Shown here in pieces: positions 1 to 12,997 of a stretch of DNA of 64,000 bases. Each line of letters opens with the position of its first letter. Position 1 is the first letter of the stretch. The position numbers and the translations under genes are program-made. The stretch is taken from contig CAWAMW010000015.1 of the NCBI GenBank assembly GCA_963783305.1, forward strand, positions 256,001 through 320,000, in the 5' to 3' direction. Below the pieces are notes generated by a model that worked only from the letters and a program-made list of their open reading frames with translations, did not search any database and was not told the DNA's origin. Source of the stretch: an uncultured Gemmatimonadales bacterium. GTDB lineage: Bacteria; Gemmatimonadota; Gemmatimonadetes; Longimicrobiales; RSA9.

Positions 1-126
1 CTCCAGCGCCTTGGCCAGACCTTCCCGGCCATCGCTGGCGGTGATAGTCTCGTGGCCCTCGTCGTCGAGGATCATGGAGACCGTCTGCCGCAGGCTGGGC
101 TCGTCGTCGATGATCAGGACTTTCAT
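1..126 (-). CDS. Response regulator receiver domain, N-terminal part (runs off window)
   Basis: Manual translation MKVLIIDDEPSLRQTVSMILDDEGHE...; start overlaps the stop of the kinase gene upstream. Confidence 0.85.
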   Translation of the reverse strand, partial: MKVLIIDDEPSLRQTVSMILDDEGHETITASDGREGLAKALE

Positions 127-1370
127 GGTGCGACCGTCTCCGCAGGTTCGGTGGACGCGGGCAGCTGCAGGGTGAACCGTGCCCCCCCATCGATGTTCGT
201 CGCCCGGATGGTGCCTTCCATAGCGTCTACGAGTCGGGCGCAAACGGCAAGTCCGAGCCCGGTCCCCTTCCCCGGCTCCTTGGTGGTCATGAACGGCTCG
301 AAGATCTGGTCGAGGAGCTCGTCGGGGATGCCGGTGCCGGTGTCGGTCACCTGGATCTCGACGATCCGGTCACCGGCGGCAAAGGGGTTCACCCGGGGCA
401 CCCGCTCGGGCCGATTGAAGCGGCGGCGGTGGGAGTAGTCGATGCCGGGCAGGTCGTCCTTCCGACGAGCGGGCAGGTACGTGGGGGCCTGGTGGAGGTG
501 TGTCGAGGTGGTGATGGTGACGCAGTGGTCCTCGGAGCCCAGCATGGCGTCGGCGGAGTTCAGGAGCAGGTTGACCAGGACCTGCTCGAGCTGGAACGGA
601 TCGGCCGCCACGGCGGGGACCGCGGCGAGCTCCATCGTGACCTCGACTCCCCTGAACCGCGCCTGGGACGCGAGCAGATCGAGCGCGCTGCGGACGACCC
701 CGTTCACATCGATCGGACGCACCTTCGGCTCCCGGGCGCGGGAATAGTCGAGGAGCCCACGCACGATCCGATCGATGCGCCTGACCTGCTCCGAGGTGGC
801 TGTCACCAGATCCGCCTCCCGGCCCTCCGCGCGCCGCTTCAGCAGGTCCACGTTGCCCATGATCGCGGCCAGCGGATTGCCGATCTCGTGGGCGACGCCC
901 GCGGCCATCTGCCCGAGGGAGGCCATCTTTTCGGCGCGAATCAGCTCGTCCCGGGCCGTCGTCAGCTCGCGGTTCGTCTCCTCGAGCGACTGGACGTTCC
1001 GGGCCAGCTCCATCTGATGCGTGATCAGGCGCTCGGCCATGCGGCTCGTCGCGGAGGACAGGCGGGCGATCTCCTCCGTCTCCCCGGCCGGGATGCGCCT
1101 GGCGTAGTCACCGGCGGCGATCCCCTCGGCCTCTTCGACGATACGATCGAGGGGGAAGAGGACCCGCGTCTGGACGAGCCAGCGGCCGAAGATGAAGAAA
1201 ATGAGGAGGTCGGCGCCCAGGAGCGCCAGGAGGTACAGGATCGCCCGGACGGGCGTATCGAAGCTCGGGTAGAGCAGGAGGACGCCGGTCATGGCCGCGA
1301 CGAGCGCGCCGGTGAACACGACGGCGAAGGCGGTCAGCAGCTCCCGCCGGAGGGTATTGGCCTTCAGCAT
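123..1370 (-). CDS. HAMP-domain sensor histidine kinase
   Basis: Two TM segments, HAMP, H-box AHEIGNP, N-box NLLLNS, DTGTG and GKGTGLGL. Confidence 0.93.
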   Translation of the reverse strand: MLKANTLRRELLTAFAVVFTGALVAAMTGVLLLYPSFDTPVRAILYLLALLGADLLIFFIFGRWLVQTRVLFPLDRIVEEAEGIAAGDYARRIPAGETEEIARLSSATSRMAERLITHQMELARNVQSLEETNRELTTARDELIRAEKMASLGQMAAGVAHEIGNPLAAIMGNVDLLKRRAEGREADLVTATSEQVRRIDRIVRGLLDYSRAREPKVRPIDVNGVVRSALDLLASQARFRGVEVTMELAAVPAVAADPFQLEQVLVNLLLNSADAMLGSEDHCVTITTSTHLHQAPTYLPARRKDDLPGIDYSHRRRFNRPERVPRVNPFAAGDRIVEIQVTDTGTGIPDELLDQIFEPFMTTKEPGKGTGLGLAVCARLVDAMEGTIRATNIDGGARFTLQLPASTEPAETVAP

Positions 1371-1684
1371 CGGACCGGAGGCGCAGCGCCAACGCAGACG
1401 CCGGAGGTGCGATCGCCCATCGCGTCCTGCGCGCGGGTGCCGGCCCGGGCAATGGGCGCCAAGTAATTGATCTGGATCGTCCTAACGCAGCTGGAGGCGT
1501 ACGGTGTGATCTCGCTCGCTGCTTCAACATCGGTGGGCGACCGGTCGACGCGCAAGAAGGAGGCGCGGCGCGTCAACAGGCGGTGAGACAGGACCTTTGC
1601 CGGATTGCGAGTGACTCGCGAAGCTGCCGACCAGCGTTCCGGCTCAGCCTGCGACCGGACGCGGGTCCTGAACTGCCGAGGAGG

Positions 1685-2083
1685 TCAGTATGAGCAGACG
1701 AGGATCTCCGGCTCGGTTGCCGGCGCGGCGGCTGGAGCGGACCCGAAGAAGATCCCACAGCTGTAGCCGGTGAGGCCGTCTCCGGTGCCCACGGCCGACC
1801 AGCCGGTGACCGCCACGTGCGTAATGTCGATATGGACGCCCGGGCTGACGAGGAACTGGTGCATCTCGGCGAGGGTGCCGTACTGCTCGTTGGCCATCCT
1901 GTGGAGCTCCTGATGCTTGACCAGGGACTGCATGTCCGAACGGAGCCGCTCCCGCAACGCCCTCTCGCGGACGCCATCGTAGCTTGCAAGGCCGATGGTC
2001 GCGAGGATCCCGATGATCACCATCACCACCAGCAGCTCGATCAGCGTGAAGCCCTGGCAATGTTTGAAGTTGTGGGCACCCAT
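1685..2083 (-). CDS. Type IV pilin-like protein
   Basis: Prepilin motif G/FTLIELLVVMVIIGILA; C-terminal Cys pair. Confidence 0.88.
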   Translation of the reverse strand: MGAHNFKHCQGFTLIELLVVMVIIGILATIGLASYDGVRERALRERLRSDMQSLVKHQELHRMANEQYGTLAEMHQFLVSPGVHIDITHVAVTGWSAVGTGDGLTGYSCGIFFGSAPAAAPATEPEILVCSY

Positions 2084-2146
2084 TGCATGCCTGCGGATCG
2101 AGTTACGGGGGTCGCTTCTGATCGCGACGAGTAGGACACTCCCTGC

Positions 2147-2188
2147 AAAAGAAAAGCGGGTGCGGAGCCGCTCGGACCCCGCACCCGC
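2147..2188 (-). terminator. Intrinsic terminator downstream of the major pilin gene
   Basis: GCGGGTGCGG/CCGCACCCGC stem followed by TTTTCTTTT on the minus strand. Confidence 0.8.
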
Positions 2189-2210
2189 CTCACTCGAGCT
2201 TCAGCTAGCC

Positions 2211-2618
2211 TCAGGAAGAGGTGCAGACGATACCTTCATCCGCGCCCGTGCCGCCCACCGTCAGGACGCACGTGTCATCCGTGGCAGCGTGGCTCGCCGT
2301 CGCAATGTAGCCATCGGTCTCGGCAATGGAACCAGCACTCAACGTCGATTGTCACACCCGATGTCGTCGCGAAGCCGGACAGATCGGTGCTCGGCGTCGT
2401 GGTGAGATCCCGGCCTGCAGGTACTTGTAGTCGTGGTCTGCGTAGTACATCTCCTCGGAGGACTGCAGGTTGCGCAGATCCGACTGCATGGCGGAGACAT
2501 ACGCACGCTCGCGGGTCTGGCCGAACTTCGGCAGCGCGATCGCGGCCAGGATGCCGATGATCACGACAACGATCAGCAGCTCGATCAGGGTGAATCCGTC
2601 GCGGTTCCTGAGCATCAT
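2211..2618 (-). CDS. Type IV major pilin-like protein, two apparent frameshifts
   Basis: MMLRNRDG/FTLIELLIVVVIIGILAAIALPKF; pilin-like C-terminus GYIATASHAATDDTCVLTVGG...IVCTSS* lies in other frames ending at 2211. Confidence 0.8.
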
Positions 2619-2687
2619 TGCTCCCATTTGGGGTTGCTGGGTTGTGAAACTTCGGCCACTCGAACCATCAGTGCCGCCCTGTGGAAG

Positions 2688-2703
2688 TGCAACGGGTATG
2701 CCC
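2688..2703 (-). promoter_or_regulatory. Putative sigma54 -24/-12 promoter of the pilin
   Basis: GGGCATACCCGTTGCA (GG-N10-GC) about 70 bp upstream of the pilin; PilR-like activator nearby. Confidence 0.65.
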
Positions 2704-2957
2704 TTCGGCTGTGGGATCCACGAGACTGCGGATTATCATTGTGCTGCAACGACTTACGCTCTGGAACCGCCGTCTGTTCGATCGGCCGGGGCGGCGGAGC
2801 GGCCTCGCATCTTGCGAGCGGATTGCATAATGCAATGGTTGCCATACGTCCCACGACCGGACCGAAGCCAGTTCTTCCATGGGCTTCGCATCAAGACGAA
2901 CGACGGGAAGGCGTAAAGGGGTCGGTTCAAATGGGGCTCAGGGCGGCGCGGGGCAAC

Positions 2958-4290
2958 TCAGGGGATGATCCCGTGCTTGAAGAACCGCGGCCCCGGGAAG
3001 CCCACGGTATTGCCGCCCGGGAGCGTGAGCGTGGCGAGGAGGATCGCGAGCGCCAGGACTCCCACGACGGCCAGTGCAAGCGGTGACCATGGTCGTGCGG
3101 GCGCGGACGACACCTGCTGCACGTCGGCCGCGTCTGTGTCGCTCGCAGCTGGGAGGGCCATCGCGATCGCCAGGACGAGCATGGCCTGTGACGCGGGCAT
3201 GATGTTGGTGCCGCTCAACAGCGAGTGAGCGCCGCCACTGACGAGCGCCAGCGCCCAGGGACGCCGGTCGAAGGCGAGCCGCAGCAACGCCGCGCCCCCA
3301 CGGGCAACGAGCACCCCCGCGGCGGCCAGCCCCACAACCCCCGTCTCGGCGGCGATCAGCAGGGCGGAGTTATGTGGGTGCCCCGCCCACCCCGCCACGC
3401 CCGGGTTGCGCGCGAGCAGCCCTGGGCCCTCGCCCAGGATGGGGGCGGACAGGAATCGACGGAACGCCTCTAGCCACAGCCTGTCTCTTCCCGATGACGA
3501 AGCGCCCCGCTCGATCGCGGCGCCGAACGACGCGTCGGTGACAAAGAGCACGATAGATCGCCACGATGACACTCGCGATGGCGAGCGCCGTGAACGCCGG
3601 GGGAAGCATGCGCCTTCGGCCCCACCATGGGAGACACGCGCCCGCCGTGGCCACAGCGATGGCCAGCACGAGCGCGCGGCTGCCGTTCAGTACGCCGAGC
3701 GCCAGGGCGGGCGCGGCCATGAGGGCAAGCGCCCAGTTCCCTGCGAACAGGAGCGGGGGCACCAGCACCGCGAGCACCTGCCCCTGGAAACGCGGGTTGG
3801 CAAAGCCCGTGGCCTCCGGCGTCGCTCCGATCAGAATCGCGTAGAGCACAAGGGTCAGCCCCACGTGTCTCCAGCACGCGCGTCCGTCGCGTGCCGAGGA
3901 TGGCGCCGAGTGGGAGCGTGACGACCAGCAAGCAGCGTGACCAGCGACCACTCCCGCAGCGCGTACGCGGGCGCGGAGGAGACGAGTGCGGAGAGCAGCG
4001 TCCAGCCGACGAAGACGCTGGCGGCCACGCGGGTGGTCGAGGAGAGCCCGCTCCAGCGGGCGGCGACCGCCGAGCGGACGGACGGCCAGAGGAATGCGAG
4101 CAGGAGACCGGCGGCCCAGAGGATCTCCAGCAGCCGTCGTCCGGCGTAGAGCGGCAGTGTGCGGCGGGAACGGCAGGGGAAAGACGTACATGGGGAGGAT
4201 CACCATCACGGGCAGGATCCCACCGCCCAGATCGCCCAGATCGGCCCGATTGCCGAGGCGACGGGGACAGCCCCGGCACCAGCAAGGCAC
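2958..4290 (-). CDS. O-antigen ligase / pilin glycosylation-like membrane protein, frameshifted
   Basis: Wzy_C-like motifs across frames: FANPRF, SRA, SSGRDRLW, PILGEGPG, HPHN, ETGVVG; start uncertain. Confidence 0.7.
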
Positions 4291-4350
4291 ATCGCCTGCC
4301 GCCCCGGCATGGCGCCGGCGCTCCTCGCCCCCCCCGACCCTCCCGCTCGG

Positions 4351-5706
<1,356 letters not shown>

Positions 5707-5730
5707 GAAGTCACCTGCCGATTCATCGAG

Positions 5731-7379
5731 TTACTTGCCGGGTCGGGGCGGCAGGAGGACGGTGAAGAGGGTGCCCCCGCCGTCCTTGTCATCGACCAGG
5801 ATGACGCCCTGGTGGGCCTCGACCGCGCGGTGTACGAGGGCGAGGCCGAGCCCGCTGCCGCCGGGTCGGGTCGTGAAGAACGGGTCGAACAGGCGCGCGA
5901 CGTCGTCTTCGGCGATGCCCGGTCCGCGGTCCGCCACGCGGATGCGGCCGCCGCCCGAGAGCCTGGCGCCGGAGGAAGAGCTACGATCGGGAACCTGGTC
6001 CACCTCGACGGTGACGGCCTTGCCGGGCGGGGAATGCTGGGCGGCGTTCAGGATCAGGTTGAAGATGACGCGGTGGAGGAGGTCCGGGTCCCCCTCGACG
6101 TGGACGGAGCGGCCGCTCACCTCCACGGAGGCATGCTCGGCGTCCGGGTGCTGCCGTACGACGCCCGCAGCGTCGCCGGCCACCTCGAGCAGGTCGACAC
6201 TGGTGCGCTCCTGGATCTCGACGCGGCTGAACTCGATGAAGCTGGACAGGAGGCGGCTGAGGCGGTCTGACTCGCCGAGGACGAGCTCGCCGAGACGATC
6301 GCGGTCCTCCTCCGCCAGCTTGCGCTGCGAACGGGTCAGCTGCTCCACGGCGCTGCGGATCGACGCCAGCGGGTTCTTGATCTCGTGGGCGAGGGAGGCG
6401 GCGAGCTCGGCCACGGCCTCGAGGCGCTCGGCCCTCCGGTTCAGCGCTTCCACGCGCTTGCCATCGGTGATGTCCTGGAGGGCGAGGGTGACCCACGGGT
6501 GGTCATCACGCTCGAGCGTGGCGCTCCGGATCCCGAGGATCCGCATCTCCGGCGTGGCGCGGGAATGCGTCTCGTACCAGCGGACGGGCTGACCGCTCGA
6601 GAGGGTGCGTGTGACCACGAGTGCGACCCCCGGCGCCACCCGGTCCATCTCCTCCAGGGCGGGCTCCCCCAGCCACTCCGGACCGCGCATGCCCAGGAGC
6701 TTCTCCGCGGCCGCGTTCATGTACGCGATGGCCCCCGCCGAGTCCACGGTGACCACGCCGGTATCCAGCGTAGCCAGGATATCGCTGGTGTCCAGCCGCA
6801 GCTGCCGCAGCTCGGATTCCACCTCGCCCAGCTGCGAGCCCGTACGACGGAGCCGTTCCCCGAGCCAGGCCGTGGCCAGGGCGATCAGCGCGAAAAGCCC
6901 CATCCGCACCAGCACCACGGCGTCCAGCACCGGGTCCGCGGCCATCCCGCCGAGCGCCTGCGTCAGCTCCCCCCCCACACCGCGTCCACGAAGTAGAGCA
7001 GGATCGCGAGCGCACCCATGAGGAAGCCGCCCCGTACCGGGAGCAGCAGCGCGCCCTCGGTGATCACCAGGACGAAGAGAGGAGCAAGCTCGCTCTCCGT
7101 ACGACCCGTTACGTGCACCACCGCCGTGACCAGCAGCACGTCGAAGAGCGCCTGCGCGTACAGGAAGTTGCCGCTGGGCTTCTGCCCCACCACGTGCGTG
7201 TGCCAGAAGCTCCCGGCCGTGAAGCCGAGGGCCGTCACCAGCATCAGTGTGGCGATGAGCGTGGCCTCCGGCGCGACCTGCGGCTGCGTCCATACGAGCA
7301 GGGCAGCCGCGAAGATCCCGCCGGCCAGCGTGAGGCGCGCCAGATAGACCCAGCGCAGGAAGGCGTTCGTGGAGAACAT
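5731..7379 (-). CDS. PilS-like PAS sensor histidine kinase, frameshift near 6970
   Basis: Multi-TM N-terminus MFSTNAFLRWVYLARL... in one frame; PAS, AHEIKNP and HATPase in another. Confidence 0.85.
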
Positions 7380-7460
7380 GGGAGCAACGCTAGCGGGCGC
7401 AGTTGCAAGCTGCAACTGTCGGCTGTCGCAGAATTCAAGGGCGGCTCGTCCCCCGGAACA

Positions 7461-7476
7461 TGGTACATGCTTTGCG
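7461..7476 (+). promoter_or_regulatory. Putative sigma54 promoter
   Basis: TGGTAC-N5-TTGC about 95 bp upstream of the 7570 start. Confidence 0.55.
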
Positions 7477-7569
7477 CCGTGACGCGTTCTACTTTGGAAC
7501 CCGGACCGGCGCCCATCGGTTAAACGGGGTGGGGTGGCGTCGTGTCGTCGTAAGAATGCGAGGAGAGTC

Positions 7570-10500
7570 ATGGGAAGAGAGAGGGTGGGGACCCCGGTGG
7601 GCCGAATCACAGCGGCCGTCGGCCTGGTGGGGTTGGCTCTGGCCCTCGTCCCGGACGTGGCTGCGGCCCAGTACTTCGGTCGGAACAAGGTCCAGTACGA
7701 GGAATTCGACTGGCAGTCGATGCACACGGACCACTTCAACATCTTCTTCTATCCGGAGGAAGAGGCGGCGGTGCGGGACGCCGGTCGGATGGGGGAGCGG
7801 TGGTATGCGCGTCTGACGCGGGTGTTCAACCATGAGTTCGATGACGAGAAGCCGGTGATCCTGTACGCGAACCACCCGGACTTCCAGCAGACGAATACGA
7901 CGGCGAGCCAGCTGAGCGAAGGTACGGGCGGGTTCACGGAGTCGTTGAAGAACCGTGTGGTGATGCCGATGACGGGGGTCTACGAGGATACGGACCACGT
8001 GCTGGGGCATGAGCTGGTGCACGCGTTCCAGTACGACATCGCGGAGCGGATGGGGACGATGGGGCAGCGGGGGATGGGGAGCCTGCCGCTGTGGATCATC
8101 GAGGGGATGGCGGAATACCTGTCGGTGGGGCGAGAGGACCCGCACACGGCGATGTGGCTGCGGGACGCGGCGCTGCGCGGTGACCTGCCGACGTTCGAGC
8201 AGCTGACGACGGACCCGCGCTTCTTCCCGTACCGTTACGGCCAGGCGTTCTGGGCATACATCGGGGGCCGGTGGGGGGACCGAGCGGTGACGGACCTGTA
8301 CAAGTCGTCGCTGCGGTACGGCTGGGACATGAGTGTGCGCCGAGTGCTGCGGGTGTCGCCGGGGGAGCTGAGCGACGACTGGCTGCGTGCGACGCGGGCG
8401 GCGTACCTCCCGCTCATGCAGGGGAAGGAGCGGCCGGACGAGGTCGCGACGAAGGTGCTGGCCCGTGACATCGATGCGGGCGAGATGAACATCGGTCCGT
8501 CGCTGAGCCCCGACGGTCGGTACGTGGCGTTCTACACCGAGCGGGATCTGTTCGAGATCAGCCTGTACATGGCGGACGCGCGGACGGGGCAGATGGTGGA
8601 GAAGATCGCCGACAGCCAGACGGACATCCACTTCGACGCGCTGAGCTTCCTGAGCTCGGCGGGGGCGTGGTCGCCGGACGGAACGCGGATGGCGTTCACG
8701 GCGTTCGCGAAGGGCGACGAGGAGCTGGCGATCGTGCGGCTGGAGGACAAGGAGGTGGAGCGGCGGGTCCGGATCCAGGGTGTGGGGGCGGTAACGTCGC
8801 CCGCCTGGTCGCCGGACGGGCGCACCATCGCGGTGAGCGGGAACAGCGGCGGCGTGAGCGACCTGTACCTCGTGGACGCGACGTCGGGTGCGGTGGAGCA
8901 GCTGACGGACGACGCGTACGCGGAGCTCCAGCCCGCGTGGTCGCCCGACGGCCGGCGTCTGGCGTTCGTGACCGATCGGGCGGGGACGGACCTGGACGAG
9001 CTGATATACGGCCCCATGAGGCTGGCGGTCATGGACCTGGCCACGCGCGAGATCGAGATGCTGGAACTGTTCGCCGGCGGGAAGCATATGGACCCTCACT
9101 TCGGCCCGAACGGCCGCTGGCTCTACTTCATCAGTGATGCGGACGGGTTCAGCGATGTGTACCGGGTGGAAGTGGAGACGGGGTCGCTGGAGCGGATCAC
9201 GCGCATTGCGACGGGCGTGAGCGGCGTGACCAAGCTGTCCCCCGCCCTGACGGTGGCGGCGAACACCGGGGACATCATGTTCTCGGTCTTCAGCGAGGGG
9301 AACTACGCGGTCTACCGCATGGACGCGGACCAGGTGGAAGCGCGGGCGGTGCCGGTGACGGAGCGGTTCGCGGGGCTCCAGCCGGCGGGCATCCTGCCCC
9401 CGCTCGAGTCGGCGGACCGGGGCGTGGTGGCCAACTACCTGGCCGACCCGATCCGGGGGCTCCCGCCGACGGACGATTTTCCGGTGGACGGGTACAGCGG
9501 ACGTCTGACACTGGACTACATAGGCGTGCCCCAGGTGGGCGTGGCCATGGACCGGTTCGGCACGTCCATCGCCGGTGCGGTGACCACGTACTGGACGGAC
9601 ATGCTCGGGGACCGGCAGCTGGTGGCGGCGGTACAGGCGAACGGCACGGTCAAGGACATCGGCGGGCTGGCGCAGTACGTGAACCGGAGCGGCCAGCTCA
9701 ACTGGGGCGTGCTGGCGGGCCACATCCCGAATGCGGTGGGCGGCTTCGCGCTGCGGGACACGACGGTGAACGATGTCCCGCTGCTCATCCAGGAGCTGCA
9801 GATCCTGCGGATCTACCAGGACCAGGTGGCGGCGCTGGCCGAGTTCCCCACGTCCCGGACGCGGCGGTTCGAGTTCAACGCCGGGTACACCCGCTACGGC
9901 TTCGGGCTGGAAGCGCAGCAGGTGCTGATCGACAGGCGGACCGGTCAGCAGGTGGACGCGCGCACGGTCGATCTGGACCCCGCGGACCTCGGCGCGGGCT
10001 TCGGCCGGGCGTACCACATGGGGACCGCGTCGGTCGCCTACGTCGGGGACTGGTCGTTCAATGGCTTCACCTCGCCGGTGCGTGGTGGGCGGTTCCGGTT
10101 CGAGCTGAGCCCCATGTTCGGCGACCTGAACCTGGTGAGCGCGGTGGCGGACTACCGCCGCTACCTGCACCACTACCCGTTCACGCTGGCGGTCCGCGGC
10201 CTGCATTCGGGCCGGTACGGTCCGGACGCGGAGGGGACCATCTTCACCCGACAGAACTACCTCGGCTACGAGACGCTCGTACGCGGGTACGCCTACGAGT
10301 CGTGGACGAGGGACGAGTGCCAGGCCAACTCCTGCCCGGCCTTCGAAAGGCTCTGGGGCTCGCGGCTGGCGGTGGCCAATGCCGAGATCCGAGTGCCGCT
10401 GTTCGGTGTGCCGGAGTACGGGCTGATCAACTTCCCGTTCCTGCCCACGGAGCTGTCGGCGTTCGTCGACGCGGGGCTGGCGTGGAACAGCTCAGCGGTC

Positions 10501-10704
10501 TGCGAGGATGGTACCCAGGTTCTGCCCTGCTCGCCCACGTTCGCCTGGGACTCGCCCACGGAGCGGACGCCGGTGGTGAGCGCCGGCCTCTCCACGCGCG
10601 TCAACGTGCTGGGGTTCCTGGTGGTGGAGGCGTACTACGCGTACCCGTTCCAGCGCCCGAACAAGGGGTGGCACTTCGGGTTCAACCTCGCCCCCGGCTG
10701 GTAG
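7570..10704 (+). CDS. Secreted protein: zincin motif + TolB/PD40 propeller + BamA/TamA-like barrel
   Basis: QYFGRNKVQY, HELVH...EGMAEY, repeated WSPDG, C-terminal barrel ending in W. Confidence 0.85.
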   Translation: MGRERVGTPVGRITAAVGLVGLALALVPDVAAAQYFGRNKVQYEEFDWQSMHTDHFNIFFYPEEEAAVRDAGRMGERWYARLTRVFNHEFDDEKPVILYANHPDFQQTNTTASQLSEGTGGFTESLKNRVVMPMTGVYEDTDHVLGHELVHAFQYDIAERMGTMGQRGMGSLPLWIIEGMAEYLSVGREDPHTAMWLRDAALRGDLPTFEQLTTDPRFFPYRYGQAFWAYIGGRWGDRAVTDLYKSSLRYGWDMSVRRVLRVSPGELSDDWLRATRAAYLPLMQGKERPDEVATKVLARDIDAGEMNIGPSLSPDGRYVAFYTERDLFEISLYMADARTGQMVEKIADSQTDIHFDALSFLSSAGAWSPDGTRMAFTAFAKGDEELAIVRLEDKEVERRVRIQGVGAVTSPAWSPDGRTIAVSGNSGGVSDLYLVDATSGAVEQLTDDAYAELQPAWSPDGRRLAFVTDRAGTDLDELIYGPMRLAVMDLATREIEMLELFAGGKHMDPHFGPNGRWLYFISDADGFSDVYRVEVETGSLERITRIATGVSGVTKLSPALTVAANTGDIMFSVFSEGNYAVYRMDADQVEARAVPVTERFAGLQPAGILPPLESADRGVVANYLADPIRGLPPTDDFPVDGYSGRLTLDYIGVPQVGVAMDRFGTSIAGAVTTYWTDMLGDRQLVAAVQANGTVKDIGGLAQYVNRSGQLNWGVLAGHIPNAVGGFALRDTTVNDVPLLIQELQILRIYQDQVAALAEFPTSRTRRFEFNAGYTRYGFGLEAQQVLIDRRTGQQVDARTVDLDPADLGAGFGRAYHMGTASVAYVGDWSFNGFTSPVRGGRFRFELSPMFGDLNLVSAVADYRRYLHHYPFTLAVRGLHSGRYGPDAEGTIFTRQNYLGYETLVRGYAYESWTRDECQANSCPAFERLWGSRLAVANAEIRVPLFGVPEYGLINFPFLPTELSAFVDAGLAWNSSAVCEDGTQVLPCSPTFAWDSPTERTPVVSAGLSTRVNVLGFLVVEAYYAYPFQRPNKGWHFGFNLAPGW

Positions 10705-10726
10705 GCGCCGGAGTAGCGACTGGAGG

Positions 10727-10760
10727 AGGCCCGGACCTGCACGCAGGTCCGGGCCTTTTT
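10727..10760 (+). terminator. Intrinsic terminator
   Basis: AGGCCCGGACCTGC/GCAGGTCCGGGCCT followed by TTTT. Confidence 0.85.
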
Positions 10761-10861
10761 CGTGTGGAGGGGGATAGCCAAAACCGCCGTGAGAAGCGAC
10801 TGTGCGGGTGCATTCCGAATGGAACCGAGCGCGGGGCGACCCGCGGAGGGGATAGAGAGAG

Positions 10862-12985
10862 ATGGCGTACGAAGAAGAGAACCGGTCGCTGGAGCCGATC
10901 CTACGACCGAAGAGCATAGCGGTGATCGGCGCGAGCCGCCGGGCGGGCACGATCGGGTACCAGATCGTGGACAACCTGATCCGACACGGCTACGAAGGCG
11001 TGATCTACCCGGTGAACCCGAATGCGCGGGCCATCCACTCGATCCCGGCGTACGAGTCGGTGCAGTCGATCCCGGGTCCGGTGGACCTGGCGATGGTGGT
11101 GGTGCCGAAGCAGTTCGTGCTGGACGTCGTGGAGGAGTGCGGGGAGAAGGGGATCAAGGGTCTGGTGGTGATCAGCGCCGGGTTCCGCGAGGTGGGCGGC
11201 AGGGGTGCGCAGCTGGAAACCGAGCTGATGGAGAAGGTCCGGCGGTACGGTATGCGGCTGGTGGGGCCGAACTGCATGGGCGTGCTGAGCACGAGGCCGG
11301 AGCTGAGCATGAACGCGACATTCGCGCCCACCATGCCGCCGGCGGGCCCCGTGAGCCTCATGAGCCAGTCGGGCGCCATGGGTGTGACCATCCTGGACTA
11401 CGCCGCGGAGTACGGCATCGGGATCGCCGATTTCGTATCGGTAGGCAACAAGCCGGACGTGAGCGGGAACGACCTGGTCCAGTTCTGGGCGGAGGACGAC
11501 CGCACGAGCGTGATCCTCATGTACCTGGAGAACTTCGGCAATCCGCGGCGGTTCACGCAGCTGGCGCGGACCATCACGAAGACGAAGCCGATCATCGTGG
11601 TGAAGGCGGGGCGTACGGGAGTGGGGGCGCGCGCCGCTACGTCGCATACCGGAGCGCTGGCGGGCGCGGACGTGGCGGTGGACGCGCTGCTGGGCCAGTC
11701 GGGCGTGATCCGCGTGGACACGGTGGAGGACCTGTTCGACCTGGCCATGGCGTTCGACGAGCTGCCGGTTCCCGCCGGCAACCGCGTGGCGATCATCACG
11801 AACGCGGGCGGTCCCGGGATCATCATCGCCGACGCGTGCGAGGCCCGCGGGCTCGAGGTGGTGCCCTTGTCGGAGAAGACGCAGGCGTCGCTGCGGGAGG
11901 TGCTGGCGGAGGAAGCGAGCGTCCGGAACCCCGTGGACATGATCGCGTCGGCCACACCGGAATCGTATCGGCTGGTCCTGGACCGGGTGCTGGAGGACGA
12001 GGGGATCGACGCGGCCATTGCCGCGTTCGTCCCGCCGCTCGGCGTGCGGCAGGAGGACGTGGCGCAGGCGATCGTCGACGCGAAGGAGGGCCACGAGAAG
12101 CCGGTGCTGGCGGTGCTGATGGGGCGGCAGGGCCTGCCCCAGGGGAGGGCGCAGCTGCACGAGGCGGGAGTGCCCGGCTACATCTTCCCGGAATCGGCGG
12201 CCAAGGCGCTGGCGGCCATGTACCGCTACCGGCAGTGGCTCGAGCGGCCGGAGGGCACGTTCCGGGAGTTCGAGGTGGACCGGGCGGCGGTCGAGGAGAT
12301 CGTCCGGAACGCCCGGGAGTCCGGGGAGCCGCATCTGGCGGGGCCGGACGCACTGGCGGTGTTCCGGGCGTACGGCATCCCGGTCCTGGAGTCGCGGATC
12401 GTCTCATCGGCGGACGCGGCGGCGGCGGCCGCGGAGGAGCTGGGCTACCCGGTGGTGATGAAGATCGAGTCGCCCGATGTGGTCCATAAGACGGATGTGG
12501 GCGGCGTGGTGGTGGACCTGCGGGACGAGGAGGAGGTCCGGGTCGAGTACGACGCCATGGTCAACCGGGTCCGGACCGCGATCCCGGACGCCGACATCAA
12601 GGGCGTGCTGCTGCAGCCGTTCGTCCGGGGGGGTCGAGAGACCATCGTGGGCGGGACCACGGACCCGATGTTCGGGCCGCTGCTGATGTTCGGTCTGGGC
12701 GGCGTGTACGTGGAGGCGCTGAAGGACGTGGTCTTCCGGGTCCACCCGCTGACGGACCTGGACGCCGAGCAGATGGTGAAGTCGATCCGGGGCTACCGCG
12801 TGCTCGAGGGGATCCGGGGCGAGCCGCCGTCGGACGAGGAGGCGATCGCCGACGTGATCCAGCGGGTGTCGCAGCTGATGGGCGACAACCCGGCGATCGA
12901 GGAGCTGGACATCAACCCGTTCCTTGTGCAGGAGCACGGGGGCGTGGCGCTGGACGCCCGGATCCGGGTGAGCTCGGAGGACTGA
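10862..12985 (+). CDS. Acetate/acyl-CoA ligase (ADP-forming) family
   Basis: PKSIAVIGAS, GPNCMG, SQSG, SHTGALAG, ATP-grasp HKTDVGGV, ELDINP. Confidence 0.93.
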   Translation: MAYEEENRSLEPILRPKSIAVIGASRRAGTIGYQIVDNLIRHGYEGVIYPVNPNARAIHSIPAYESVQSIPGPVDLAMVVVPKQFVLDVVEECGEKGIKGLVVISAGFREVGGRGAQLETELMEKVRRYGMRLVGPNCMGVLSTRPELSMNATFAPTMPPAGPVSLMSQSGAMGVTILDYAAEYGIGIADFVSVGNKPDVSGNDLVQFWAEDDRTSVILMYLENFGNPRRFTQLARTITKTKPIIVVKAGRTGVGARAATSHTGALAGADVAVDALLGQSGVIRVDTVEDLFDLAMAFDELPVPAGNRVAIITNAGGPGIIIADACEARGLEVVPLSEKTQASLREVLAEEASVRNPVDMIASATPESYRLVLDRVLEDEGIDAAIAAFVPPLGVRQEDVAQAIVDAKEGHEKPVLAVLMGRQGLPQGRAQLHEAGVPGYIFPESAAKALAAMYRYRQWLERPEGTFREFEVDRAAVEEIVRNARESGEPHLAGPDALAVFRAYGIPVLESRIVSSADAAAAAAEELGYPVVMKIESPDVVHKTDVGGVVVDLRDEEEVRVEYDAMVNRVRTAIPDADIKGVLLQPFVRGGRETIVGGTTDPMFGPLLMFGLGGVYVEALKDVVFRVHPLTDLDAEQMVKSIRGYRVLEGIRGEPPSDEEAIADVIQRVSQLMGDNPAIEELDINPFLVQEHGGVALDARIRVSSED

Positions 12986-12997
12986 GCGGGGAGCGGA